From contig CAYSHM010000014.1 in assembly GCA_964430885.1 (NCBI GenBank), positions 1 to 64,000 on the forward strand: DNA of 64,000 nucleotides, given 5' to 3'. Position numbers and translations under genes: made by a program. Of this stretch, positions 33,001 to 42,225 are shown one piece after another. The notes under the pieces were generated by a model. That model worked only from the letters and a program-made list of their open reading frames with translations. It was not told where the DNA came from and ran no database searches. Within the stretch, counting starts at the first letter, position 1. Each line of letters opens with the position of its first letter. The stretch comes from an uncultured archaeon. Its GTDB lineage: Archaea; Thermoplasmatota; Penumbrarchaeia; JASLWR01.

Positions 33001-34791
33001 GGAGATTCAATTGAATTCCTTTGGACTTCCGATACCGACAAGTCATTTACCGGTTCCAGCGAGAAATTTACTTACCAATTACCATCCGGAAACCACCAGA
33101 TAAGCTTAAATGTCACAGACCCAACAGGAAGATACACATTGCGAACATGGGATGTGAAGGTAAAGAAAAATATAGCTCCCATAGCTGTTATATCCGGCAG
33201 CGCAGTCAATGGAACTCAATTCTATGTAAAAGAAGAAATTCATTTCAGTGCAGGTGGAAGTTACGACGCAAATCCCGAGCAAGATCTGGATTATTCTTGG
33301 TATGCAAAGAAGATTGATGGGGGGACCAGCGAACTATTTTCAATAGGGAATAAAAAGGATTTTGATCATTCTTTCGATCTTTCTGGTACATACAATATCA
33401 CTCTGGAAGTAAATGACGGATCACTGAAAGATGAAAGAAAGTTCGATATAGAAATATTATCACACGGCACCACCGAAAGAGAGCTCAGCCTTAACCTAGG
33501 AACTATGAACGATGTATTTCTAGATTATCTTATCGTCCATTCAACCTATGAACCGTCCAGCGTTGAAATAACTGATCTGAATCTATTTGAGGAAGAATTA
33601 CTGATTAACAGTATTCCGCCTAATCAAACTCATATAGGTGTTGGATTTTCAATTATTCAGAATACCAATAATACCGTTTACGAGGAAACAATAAATATCT
33701 CCTATAGTGGACAGGAAGAGTTCCTAGAGAACATTGATGAAAACTCAATAGCTCTGTATATTCTCAAGAATGAAAATGCTGAAGATGAAAGAAAAAGGGA
33801 TGAAGAGAACTATAACTGGATAAAATGCCCAATCCTTGACCACAATACAGAGAAGGACTTTATTTATTCAGCCATACCATTGGGATTTACAGATATGTCT
33901 TCGAAATTCATGCTGCTGTCTAATTCCTCCTATGGATGGACCAGGGGAGTCAAATTATCATTTGTAGAACCGACAGATCCACTCCAGGCCGATCCCGTTA
34001 ATACTGTCATTACCTTGCGTTTTGACAAGCCTGTCCTGTCTAGCTACTTCACAGGCGATAAGGCGGATACAAATGTTGAGATACGGGATGAAAAAGGAAG
34101 TAAGGTCCCCATTTCCTATACCCCTAATTTTGATCCCATTGATCAGACTCTAACCATGAAAGTTGATGAATTTGAATATGATTCGGATTATACGATAATT
34201 CTGAAACAGTTTATGGACCAGTACCGGAATATCGGAAATGACTATTCCTTACAGCTACATACGATTGAGGAGGACAAACCGGATGAGGGAAATAATTGGC
34301 TGTTATATGCAGTAATAGGCGGAGCGGTACTTCTAATTGGAGCAGTGGTCTTATTTATTGTGATCAAGAGAAGAGCACCCGATGAAGATTACGAGGAAGA
34401 CGTTGTGGAATATTCCTGTCCAAGATGCGGTGTTGTGGTCCTCAGTGAAGAAAAGGAATGTCCAGAATGCGGTTACGAGCTTACAGAAAAAGAAAAAGGA
34501 GAGGACATAATAAAAGCAGAATTCATTGATTGTCCAGATTGCGGTAAAAGAATTGATGAAAAATCCCAAATATGCCCGTTCTGCTCCATTTCATTAGTGG
34601 AAGACACTGAAGAAGAACTTGAAGAGGAACTGCTGTCCGATGAGATCATAGTCGATGCCGAAGAAGCGGACATCCTTTCAGCACAGGGCTCTGGCGGCGC
34701 TCCTATGGACATGCCCTGTCCGACTTGCGGAGACATGGTGGAAATGGGTACAGTTGAATGTCCATCCTGCGGTGAGGATCAATTCACATAA
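30022..34791 (+). CDS. Large surface protein: signal peptide, beta-propeller repeats, 2 PKD domains, Ig-like domain, TM, three cytoplasmic double-CxxC zinc ribbons
   Basis: Repeated GL.S..I / LYI.T..G blades; FDASGTYDPDGD..F.W and FSAGGSYD; TM LLYAVIGGAVLLIGAVVLFIVI-KRR; CPRC/CPEC, CPDC/CPFC, CPTC/CPSC. Confidence 0.8.
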   Translation: MLRKVKPSISLLTALLLFFPTMLTVISTTEFQEEFDKNTDSMTITFSEPGEEIIDMSIYSNSTYDYYTFSVHGAQYNGQFPSNISIDIGNDGSWEWNYGKVLGNLHQLDSGLDRYTYDFSDDIKHQNDQSISIPLDADISSASLTLSPKVTTTETMFIDIGQYRSMASTDEELWITAENGGLIKRDIISGYQQVFTNEDGLNNSDISSVAMDSDYVYIGSRTSGVSIYDREADDFSEYRWNSENDLESDVIRHLYSNDDKVFIVTDLAVQVFDKYGEFGSFTEKWDTGNGPDDELINLNIRDIETTATKIYFGSISGLSIYDRNTGLWDYLKVQNGLNSNNITDMVRDGDLLYIATDNGISCYDSINKEILWKSKSQELTGKIVKGLTINDQSLFALVVSTEYSGKDAICSLNKSNGKRNGNIWFSGNSILEGEIIYEINYHMDHLFITTPTGFFDMEFPFETLMKISTTNNQPPSNNIRDFLYDFNEEILYVSTDSGVGRYDPNQNRFLNPWNKIGGLPSDDVYELELIDDVIYIQTKSYGVARWNMEEKIWLEPLDRFSGLLSSSISSIKSHGHMLYISSNKGVDAYNTSSNRIQSSWDARNYFNTTTSDGLQINEISADSQRVFFALSPVYSNIGEMESDGGLWIYDKNEHDWQHFSNSSGVNMTNLSSSYLKSISHSGNHLFLGTDNGINIFDVETSEVTIIDKSTNNEFMGQEIRDLYYDDTEEPKLYISIGPIINNTDMSELGGGLIVMDPDTGSILDYFNITNTDSYMNTLDIQSIERVSDMLYLGSYVKGILRLDLTTLEFLDPTPTIGEKQYPQGVRLDLGDDGITETEINVFKKPVDIDITDDLNEILEFSSNIYQDNSGIENALIPINISLNPMSAGAIILSYINIKFNHYYSIPDISESINSYLENINQTNLTQGESIDRVPIRVKSDTSGKLVLSQPTIIFKFSNPPLINIISPLPKDLGTYYWDTVPITFDASGTYDPDGDSIEFLWTSDTDKSFTGSSEKFTYQLPSGNHQISLNVTDPTGRYTLRTWDVKVKKNIAPIAVISGSAVNGTQFYVKEEIHFSAGGSYDANPEQDLDYSWYAKKIDGGTSELFSIGNKKDFDHSFDLSGTYNITLEVNDGSLKDERKFDIEILSHGTTERELSLNLGTMNDVFLDYLIVHSTYEPSSVEITDLNLFEEELLINSIPPNQTHIGVGFSIIQNTNNTVYEETINISYSGQEEFLENIDENSIALYILKNENAEDERKRDEENYNWIKCPILDHNTEKDFIYSAIPLGFTDMSSKFMLLSNSSYGWTRGVKLSFVEPTDPLQADPVNTVITLRFDKPVLSSYFTGDKADTNVEIRDEKGSKVPISYTPNFDPIDQTLTMKVDEFEYDSDYTIILKQFMDQYRNIGNDYSLQLHTIEEDKPDEGNNWLLYAVIGGAVLLIGAVVLFIVIKRRAPDEDYEEDVVEYSCPRCGVVVLSEEKECPECGYELTEKEKGEDIIKAEFIDCPDCGKRIDEKSQICPFCSISLVEDTEEELEEELLSDEIIVDAEEADILSAQGSGGAPMDMPCPTCGDMVEMGTVECPSCGEDQFT

Positions 34792-34842
34792 GGGTAAATA
34801 TTAATATCAAATTCCCTTCAACTTAACTTAATGAAGTCCTGC

Positions 34843-34990
34843 TTAAGGCCTCTCGTTCATATAGAGTTCAATGAGCTCAATATTGTTGCTCTTATCGGTC
34901 TCAAGTATATTGTTGCCTCTGTCAACCTCCAGGACAAAACGGTTAGTGCCGTTCATCTGGGTTGCCTCGATTTTAATGCGATTCGAACTA
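34843..34990 (-). pseudogene. Fragment of a CARDB-type domain (gene remnant)
   Basis: Minus frame reads GTNRFVLEVDRGNNILETDKSNNIELIELYMNERP*, matching the CARDB VD..N.I.E....NN pattern; no plausible start or signal peptide; upstream part collides with the radical SAM gene. Confidence 0.5.
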
Positions 34991-34997
34991 ATAAAGG

Positions 34998-36152
34998 ATG
35001 TTCTTTGAGATGGAAATTCAGAATTTTGATTCAAAATTGATTTTAAGGGAAGGGGGATCCTTTTTCATCGGAAATCTGTCAACTGCCTGCCAAATGTGCG
35101 GTGAAGGAGGGAAAATGGTCCTACTGATCACAGGTAAATGCAGAAAAAAATGCTTTTACTGTCCCCTATCTGATAAAAAAATCGGAAGGGATGTGATTTA
35201 TGCTAATGAAAAGAATGTTGAATCTATTGAGGAAATCCTTGAGGAAGCCGAGTTAATGGAGGCCGTTGGTACCGGTATCACAGGTGGAGAACCCTTGGAA
35301 GTGTTGGAGAGGGTAATTAAATACATAAAGATAATTAAAAAAGTATTCGGTATTCACCATAATATTCATATGTACACTTCAAAACCTCCCTCCGAACCTG
35401 TTTTGGTATCATTGAAAGAAGCAGGATTGGATGAAATAAGATACCATATACCTCCAGAAAAATGGCGCCATGAAAAATTGGCCAAGAGTCAATGGGTCCT
35501 AGCTATCGAAAATGCAAAGGGTCTTGACCTAAAGGTTTCCATAGAAGTACCGTGTATCCCTGACATGCATGAAGGTCTGTTGGACCTGTGTTATTTTGCA
35601 GAACAGTATTATGTGGACCATATAAACCTGAATGAACTGGAGATCAACCACGTTAATTTCGAAGCGATGATAAATAAGGGATATTTCAAGGAAGTTGACT
35701 ACCTGAGCAAGGTGAAGGGGTCCAAATCTACTGCTATTCGGGTTTTGAACGCTTTATCATCAGATAGTAATGGATTGAATATTCATTTCTGCTCAGCTAG
35801 ATTTAAGGACAGTGTACAACTGAAAAAGAGACTCGGCCGCCGTGCTGTGAATATTAAAAAACCATTTCAGGAGATAACAGAGGATAACACTCTTCTGACG
35901 GGTATAATTGAATGTCCCCCTACCAAAACGAATATTGATCTAATGAAAAGCAGATTTGATATTCCTGATGAAATGATCAATGCAGACCCGGAAGGTAAAT
36001 ATACTGAAACCGCCTGGTATATTGTCAAAGAGATCTGGCCATACATCGAATACCGCTGTGCAGTGATAGAAACATATCCAACACATGATAGGATGGAAGT
36101 AGAAAGAGAACTTTTAGGTTCAGACCTTGCAGAAAACAACCAATCTGATTAA
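34998..36152 (+). CDS. Radical SAM protein (archaeal COG2108-like)
   Basis: CQMC..GGKMVLLITGKCRKKCFYCPLS, GITGGEP, HMYT, GLDEIRYH, NLNELE, HFCS..FKD..QL. Confidence 0.85.
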   Translation: MFFEMEIQNFDSKLILREGGSFFIGNLSTACQMCGEGGKMVLLITGKCRKKCFYCPLSDKKIGRDVIYANEKNVESIEEILEEAELMEAVGTGITGGEPLEVLERVIKYIKIIKKVFGIHHNIHMYTSKPPSEPVLVSLKEAGLDEIRYHIPPEKWRHEKLAKSQWVLAIENAKGLDLKVSIEVPCIPDMHEGLLDLCYFAEQYYVDHINLNELEINHVNFEAMINKGYFKEVDYLSKVKGSKSTAIRVLNALSSDSNGLNIHFCSARFKDSVQLKKRLGRRAVNIKKPFQEITEDNTLLTGIIECPPTKTNIDLMKSRFDIPDEMINADPEGKYTETAWYIVKEIWPYIEYRCAVIETYPTHDRMEVERELLGSDLAENNQSD

Positions 36153-36734
36153 TGATTGTATCATGGTTATTCCTAAATAACCACGATTGAAGTAAAAACT
36201 ATCCTGTATCGGGCAATGATATTATTCATAGGATTCATATTAAAAGAAATATACCTGTATGAATTTAGTGACTATGCAAATATTCATTATGAAAATTAAT
36301 CTGGAAAGATTTATAATTTTTCTGAACAATATTAAAGACAGTATGCATTGAATTTTTTATCGGTTAGATTATATTTCTTTAAATACAAAAAAACCTGAGC
36401 GAATCAGTTATGCTTACAAAAAAGGTCAAGACTGGCAGGAATAAATTTGTCGGGACTTGAAATGAATATCTAAATCAAAGAACAAATCTAATATAATATC
36501 TAATCAATGAAGGAAAAAGATTTAAAATATATATTGATTATAGCTATTCCCACTATACTGATATCATGGAATATCTATTGAAGCAATATATTAAATTGGA
36601 CTATGAGAAATATCCGATTTGATTATTGCTCAAGATATACTGCAGAGTGACCTCCGCATTCCATATGAATTTGGTATATGTAATAGAATAAAAACAACCG
36701 CTGATATAAATCAATTTAATAGGATCGATGAGGT

Positions 36735-39700
36735 GTGATGAATATGAAGAAGGTATTTCTAAGCCTGTTATTGACTGTGATTGTCGGAATTTTGATTGGA
36801 TCCAATATGATATTGCCTAGCTCATGCGATGAAAAAGAGAACCAAACCATTGAGATTATGGATATTAACAACGAGCAGGACATATCAGCGGTTCAGGAGA
36901 TCAGTTCCCAGGATGTTGAATCTCTAAATGGAGAAGAGGAAATTCCAATAGCTTATGATGAACTAGTTGCCCAAAAAGAAATCCCAAATAAAGACTCCTC
37001 GGAAGAACAGGTCAAAGAAGAAACGCCCCTTAATGATCACACTGTATCTGAATATCCAATGGTAGATAATGAAATCAACTCAGAAGATGAGATGCGACCA
37101 CATCCACTCCTCAACCCAGATGGAAGTCTTGATGAAGTAGCATTTAACAACTGGAAAACGGAACTTCAGGAAAGAAATGATAAAATCAGCAATCCAGAAC
37201 CAAAACATGATTCAAGATTTGTAGTAGTGTCCCAGACAGGGATTGTATTCAGTTATCCAAATGACTGGCCTCAGGTAATGTATCTTGAAGAATACACTAT
37301 TGTAGGTGCGCTTTATGAGGATTCCAATGAGAACGGCCTTTGGAACACCCAGGAACCCGGAGTACCCAATGCCCCAGTCCATGTATACTGGGGAGCTGGA
37401 ACTACAAGGGAAATAATGCCTGATGGAGAGGTTCCCCTTACCGGATCCGCTGCGGGCAATAGAGGAATTTTTAGAGCATCATGGAATATCACAGAAACAC
37501 AGGAAGGGCCTCATAGACTGAATTTCACATATAACGGTGAATACACTTTCAACGGAAGCGCATTTTACGAACATAACCCCGGCACACAAGTACCCGGAGA
37601 AGCTTGGTTGGCTAGGGCCGCATCAACGTGGCCCCCTGCACCTCAGGAAGATTTTGAGGCGGAAATTTGGCACCAGGTTTCAATCGATGTGGATATTGGA
37701 TCACCGGATATTGATGATATCTATGTTGGTGACCAACTTACAGTGAATGGAAATCTTCAGGATAGAGATCTAGGATGGGGACTCAGCACAAGGGCAGTAC
37801 ATATCAAATTCGACGCTAACTATGTAACACCGGATGACAGCCAGGTGCCTTATGAAATGACTTCATCAACTGGAACATTCTCATTTCAATGGACGATTCC
37901 AGCAGTTATCTCACCTGGCATTCATACCCTATCAATAGAATATAAATGGGATTTTATCGACCCCGATTCAGGGGAATACATTAATGATTACTATGTATCT
38001 AACTCATCATCCATCCAATTTGGAATACATCGTAATCTTCATTTTGAGGTTGAAGACAAAGTGGTGTACAGGACAGACACTATTAACATATCCGGACGTA
38101 TTCTAGACGACGTTGGTGAAGGGCCGGACACAATAATTGGAAATACCACGTTCCGATATGAGATTATGATCGAATGGGGCGATCCAAGTGATCCATACTA
38201 CGAATCAGGTGACACCAATCCTGACCTTTTAATAAGAACTGGCTCACAGAGCGGCGACAGCTATCTCTATTCATCAGGTGAATTCAGCACTGACTTCAGA
38301 ATTAAAGAAAGCCAGCCCTTGACCCTGGTCAAGGTCACATTCAATTTCAGATTGGCACGTGACAATCCTTTAGATTATATGTACTACGGAGAAGTATCGG
38401 ACTATGTCATGTATACGGTTAAAGCTAGGACAGTTATTGAACTGAAGGTTGTTGACGATGAGGACGGCGAAGAACTGACCGAACTCACAAGGACCGGCCC
38501 CGCTAGCACATTTCAGATCGTGGCAACTCTATTGGATAAAGATCTTCTGGAAAAAGCTGGTCAGATAAGTCCCATTCAGGGTGCTACTATTAGCCTAGAT
38601 GGAACCATCGGAGGTAAAGGACTAACCGGATCAGGCGCCACTATCGGCAGTTACACTACTGACGCTTTGGGTAGAATTTCAGTCAGTCAGAAATTGGACA
38701 TTTTTGATCCTACAGGTCCTCTTCTCCTCAGAGCCATATTCAATGGAAATCAGTGGCATGAAGGATTTGACACTGATGGTTATGATGAAGAAGGAAACTA
38801 TTACGGATTGGTTGTGGATATCACAGCAACCACAACTATAGAAATTGAACCTGGTTCGGGTATCAAAGGCGAGAATGTAGTGATTAAGGGTAAGCTCAAA
38901 GACGATACTGGCCTTGAGGGCGTGGCTAATGAGACCATCAATTTTTTCTGGAAGAAAACAAGATTTGCTGATGACGGTTCATCCATCGGTTCAGTAAAAA
39001 CAGATCAGTATGGAAAATTCATCTTTACAGGATTCCAGATCCCTAAGACACAATTCGTGGGTGTTGCCTATGTGAAAGGTAAGTTCACCGGGTCCAGCAA
39101 GGTTCTCCATACCAAGGATAAAAAAATGCACTACACATTGGATGATGCATATGCGGCCTCCGAATCCAGCGAGGTGAAATTCAATGTATCGGCATATATC
39201 CATATTTCAATCGACCCAAGTATACTGAACGGTTCTACCTATACTAGAGGAGAAACTATTACAATAAGCGGTGGAATAGAAGAGATGTTCCAGGGCAAGG
39301 TTCAATATCCCAAAACCTATGTCAAGAACATCAGAATAAATGCATATTTCCAGAGCGAAGGCGGCAACTCATCACAGAAATTCATGCTGTCCGGGACATC
39401 ATCAGATAATTACGGGCAATACGACCTGGGTGCAACAGTACCTGAGAGCCTCTCACCGGGTGTTTATCTTCTGAAAATGCACTTCCAATCCAATGAATCA
39501 GAGGAAAACAAGAAATATCTTACAAAATCTGAATATCTCGATTCAAGGAGAATATTTGTCACCACTGATACAGAGATCGATGTTTTGGAACATCCTCCCG
39601 ATATTGATCCTGAGTTAAGCAATGGTATTGACATCGGTTACACCAAATCAGATAAAGAGGAGAGCGGTTACCGGTTTGTGGTACTTTTGAGGGAGAAAAA

Positions 39701-40577
39701 CACTCTTTCAGTAGAACCAGTACCAATATCAAATCAAAAGATTACCCTTACTATAAAACTCAGGGATGAGAACGGTGTAAATTATATCAATGAGACTACA
39801 AGAACAACCGATGACAACGGAAAGGCCATATTCAATTTCACCCATTTCCAGCACCGTGATGGAGCCCGAATCACCATTGAAGGTCTAAGTGCCGATGGTA
39901 ATTGGTATCTTTCGTTCCCTGGCAAAAATATACCCCAAACCATTGAGGGGAAAACTTCCAAGGGCTGGATAGGTAGTACCTATCCCGCAGACCTTCAAAG
40001 AAATCAGGAGAAGATACATTTCGAAGAGAAGCCCATAGTTTATCCACCACCTGAATTCCCCGAATTGGATTGGTGGTTGGAAAACTCGGCCGCCCTGGTA
40101 GGATTGATATTATTCATACTGCTTCTCATCGCAGGTATGATACTGTTAGCCCTTTACATCAGAAAGCGCAGAAGGATCGCAGGAATCAAACGTATCATCA
40201 AGAGAGCTGCCGATCAGCTTGTTGCTGGCAACGAATATACTGCAGTTATCTTCAAGTCATACCAGAAATTAGGTTATCATCTAAGGAAATATGGTTATCT
40301 TAGACGTGAAGCAGAAACATTCCGTGAATTTGAAGATGCTGTGAGAGAAGCCTTACCCATTGATAAAGCCAGCCTTAATAGGTTCCTCACCATACTCGAG
40401 GAAGCCCGTTACAGCTCCCATGAAATTGGAGAGAGACAGAGGGATGGTGCAGTTACTGAACTGAGGAATATTGAGAGCTCTCTCAGCTCCATACAGCTGG
40501 ATGACGATGAGGCTATGAAGAAACTCGAAGAGACCGAAGAAGAGTTCGTGGAAACTGAGATCCTTCTGAATAAATAA
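36735..40577 (+). CDS. Large secreted Ig-like repeat protein with TM and cytoplasmic DUF4129-like domain
   Basis: Signal peptide; repeated I.G.L.D....G..N / T...G.F beta-sandwich units; TM AALVGLILFILLLIAGMILLALYI-RKRRR; AETFREF...LTILEEARYS.H. Confidence 0.75.
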   Translation: MMNMKKVFLSLLLTVIVGILIGSNMILPSSCDEKENQTIEIMDINNEQDISAVQEISSQDVESLNGEEEIPIAYDELVAQKEIPNKDSSEEQVKEETPLNDHTVSEYPMVDNEINSEDEMRPHPLLNPDGSLDEVAFNNWKTELQERNDKISNPEPKHDSRFVVVSQTGIVFSYPNDWPQVMYLEEYTIVGALYEDSNENGLWNTQEPGVPNAPVHVYWGAGTTREIMPDGEVPLTGSAAGNRGIFRASWNITETQEGPHRLNFTYNGEYTFNGSAFYEHNPGTQVPGEAWLARAASTWPPAPQEDFEAEIWHQVSIDVDIGSPDIDDIYVGDQLTVNGNLQDRDLGWGLSTRAVHIKFDANYVTPDDSQVPYEMTSSTGTFSFQWTIPAVISPGIHTLSIEYKWDFIDPDSGEYINDYYVSNSSSIQFGIHRNLHFEVEDKVVYRTDTINISGRILDDVGEGPDTIIGNTTFRYEIMIEWGDPSDPYYESGDTNPDLLIRTGSQSGDSYLYSSGEFSTDFRIKESQPLTLVKVTFNFRLARDNPLDYMYYGEVSDYVMYTVKARTVIELKVVDDEDGEELTELTRTGPASTFQIVATLLDKDLLEKAGQISPIQGATISLDGTIGGKGLTGSGATIGSYTTDALGRISVSQKLDIFDPTGPLLLRAIFNGNQWHEGFDTDGYDEEGNYYGLVVDITATTTIEIEPGSGIKGENVVIKGKLKDDTGLEGVANETINFFWKKTRFADDGSSIGSVKTDQYGKFIFTGFQIPKTQFVGVAYVKGKFTGSSKVLHTKDKKMHYTLDDAYAASESSEVKFNVSAYIHISIDPSILNGSTYTRGETITISGGIEEMFQGKVQYPKTYVKNIRINAYFQSEGGNSSQKFMLSGTSSDNYGQYDLGATVPESLSPGVYLLKMHFQSNESEENKKYLTKSEYLDSRRIFVTTDTEIDVLEHPPDIDPELSNGIDIGYTKSDKEESGYRFVVLLREKNTLSVEPVPISNQKITLTIKLRDENGVNYINETTRTTDDNGKAIFNFTHFQHRDGARITIEGLSADGNWYLSFPGKNIPQTIEGKTSKGWIGSTYPADLQRNQEKIHFEEKPIVYPPPEFPELDWWLENSAALVGLILFILLLIAGMILLALYIRKRRRIAGIKRIIKRAADQLVAGNEYTAVIFKSYQKLGYHLRKYGYLRREAETFREFEDAVREALPIDKASLNRFLTILEEARYSSHEIGERQRDGAVTELRNIESSLSSIQLDDDEAMKKLEETEEEFVETEILLNK

Positions 40578-40645
40578 AGAGGGGATTCAAGCCACATTGG
40601 AGTTTAACTCCCCCATCGGAACAAACTTGACAAGAGATTGCGTAG

Positions 40646-40678
40646 AAAGGGATTCAAACTGGGATCCCTTTATTTTTC
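40646..40678 (+). terminator. Hairpin plus T-tract, putative terminator
   Basis: AAAGGGAT-N10-ATCCCTTT followed by ATTTTT. Confidence 0.5.
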
Positions 40679-40764
40679 ATATTGATTTCATTCAATATTA
40701 TTTTCATTGGTTTATAGGATTTGGACCAGCTTTGTGAAACAGCATAACAGGAGATGTGGGGTAA

Positions 40765-42183
40765 ATGATTTTGGAGATCGATGAATTGGTAAAACGATTA
40801 TACCAATGGGGTCAGGGGGGAAGCTCTCCTCCAATTATGTGTAAATTATTTTTCTTCCATCTGTCTAATGAAGATAAAAAAGAAGAGTATGGTATTTCGG
40901 TAAAGAAAAACAATGAAGGAAAAAAACTTGAGAATGATTCTGTTCGATCCCAATACGGCGAGGATGAAATGCTGGGACTATTAAAACACCTTCGAAGCAT
41001 TGGTGTTAGACATTTCAAATTATTAGTTGACAATGATAATTTTTATTCTACTCAATACCTAATTAGAACGGTAGAATTATTAAAAGAAAGCGGAGCTGAG
41101 TTAACAATATCCTCAAGGGGTTTGGAACTTAGTAAGAATGATGTGAAAGAACTAGTTATGGCAGGAGTTAACAGTTTTGAATTTCAGGTTTTCGGCCATG
41201 ATGAGAATACACATTTTGCAGGAAATGTGAAGAACGGCAATTGGAGAAGAATCGATGAAACATTGAACCATTTAAATCATTTTCTTACTGAGAGAAAAGA
41301 CAATCAAATAGGTGTCCACATTCACATTGGTCTTACGAATAATAACTGGAACAAAATCCCTAATATCATCCGATATTCACTCAGAAAGAACATCGATAGT
41401 ATAAACTGGTTTGTCCTAGATAAATCCATAAACAGTCAATATGAAATTCCAAAAATCAAACACAGAAAAGATTTACTGCTGATGAAAGATGATCTCATAA
41501 ATATGTGCTCACTTTATGGATTGAAAAATAACTTGGATCATGTACTGACCGACAGACTGCTATTTCAGAAACGCGATGACAAACAGACAATCAAGAGCGA
41601 ATCTAAGAGCCCTCGGAAGCACCATCAGTTCGAAAATATAATATCCCGATTTAAAAATAGATTCACAGAAATGGATGAATCATTTATTCGGTTCGCAATT
41701 CAGCAGAGCTATCAAGTGTGGTACTGTATGAACCTGGGGCCTGAAGGTTTTCTTATTCCCTCAATAGATCATTTTGTTATTTATAGACCCATAGATCCAT
41801 CTACTGAAGTTCTGGAAAAGCTTTGGTTCGGTGGATCATTTGAAATTGAAAGGGAAAGACAGTTGAAAGAATTTTCCAACAATGCTATTGATAACGACCT
41901 AATTAAGATAAAGGAGATCCAAAGTAGACTGTTAAAGAATTGGGCTAAGGAAAAGAAGATGAAACCCCAGAACCTTCTGAATCACGAGAACATTGTTAAA
42001 GAATACAAGAACCGGGAGATAAAGACCCAGATGAATATATTGGACAAGGATATTGAATGGCTTGAGAACAAGAAAAAGGATCTTGATAATCGAATCGAAT
42101 TATATGGAGTAGATAAATATACGATAGACAATCTTAGTAAATCCCACACTTTTAAAATCGCTAAAACTATTTTCAGATTGTGA
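40765..42183 (+). CDS. Degenerate radical SAM/SPASM-like protein lacking Fe-S cysteines, with C-terminal coiled coil
   Basis: Partial-barrel motifs (LVMAGV..FEFQVFGHDENTH...GNW, LTNNNW..I..II), SPASM-like SYQVWY.MNLGPEGFLIPS and LEKLWFG..F..ER; no CxxxCxxC. Confidence 0.55.
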   Translation: MILEIDELVKRLYQWGQGGSSPPIMCKLFFFHLSNEDKKEEYGISVKKNNEGKKLENDSVRSQYGEDEMLGLLKHLRSIGVRHFKLLVDNDNFYSTQYLIRTVELLKESGAELTISSRGLELSKNDVKELVMAGVNSFEFQVFGHDENTHFAGNVKNGNWRRIDETLNHLNHFLTERKDNQIGVHIHIGLTNNNWNKIPNIIRYSLRKNIDSINWFVLDKSINSQYEIPKIKHRKDLLLMKDDLINMCSLYGLKNNLDHVLTDRLLFQKRDDKQTIKSESKSPRKHHQFENIISRFKNRFTEMDESFIRFAIQQSYQVWYCMNLGPEGFLIPSIDHFVIYRPIDPSTEVLEKLWFGGSFEIERERQLKEFSNNAIDNDLIKIKEIQSRLLKNWAKEKKMKPQNLLNHENIVKEYKNREIKTQMNILDKDIEWLENKKKDLDNRIELYGVDKYTIDNLSKSHTFKIAKTIFRL

Positions 42184-42225
42184 TAATTCAACAGACCATG
42201 TTCAAAAAATTAATGAGGTTTTTTT

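Noticed and set aside
34831-35040. Plus-strand 69-aa ORF
   Set aside because: No motif; the opposite strand carries the CARDB-like signal
36153-36734. 580-bp AT-rich intergenic region as a possible replication origin
   Set aside because: No ORB-like repeats recognised and no cdc6/orc1 nearby
40578-40671. GGGATTCAA repeated twice, resembling an antisense tRNA T-arm or att site
   Set aside because: No cloverleaf and no integrase; better explained as a terminator hairpin
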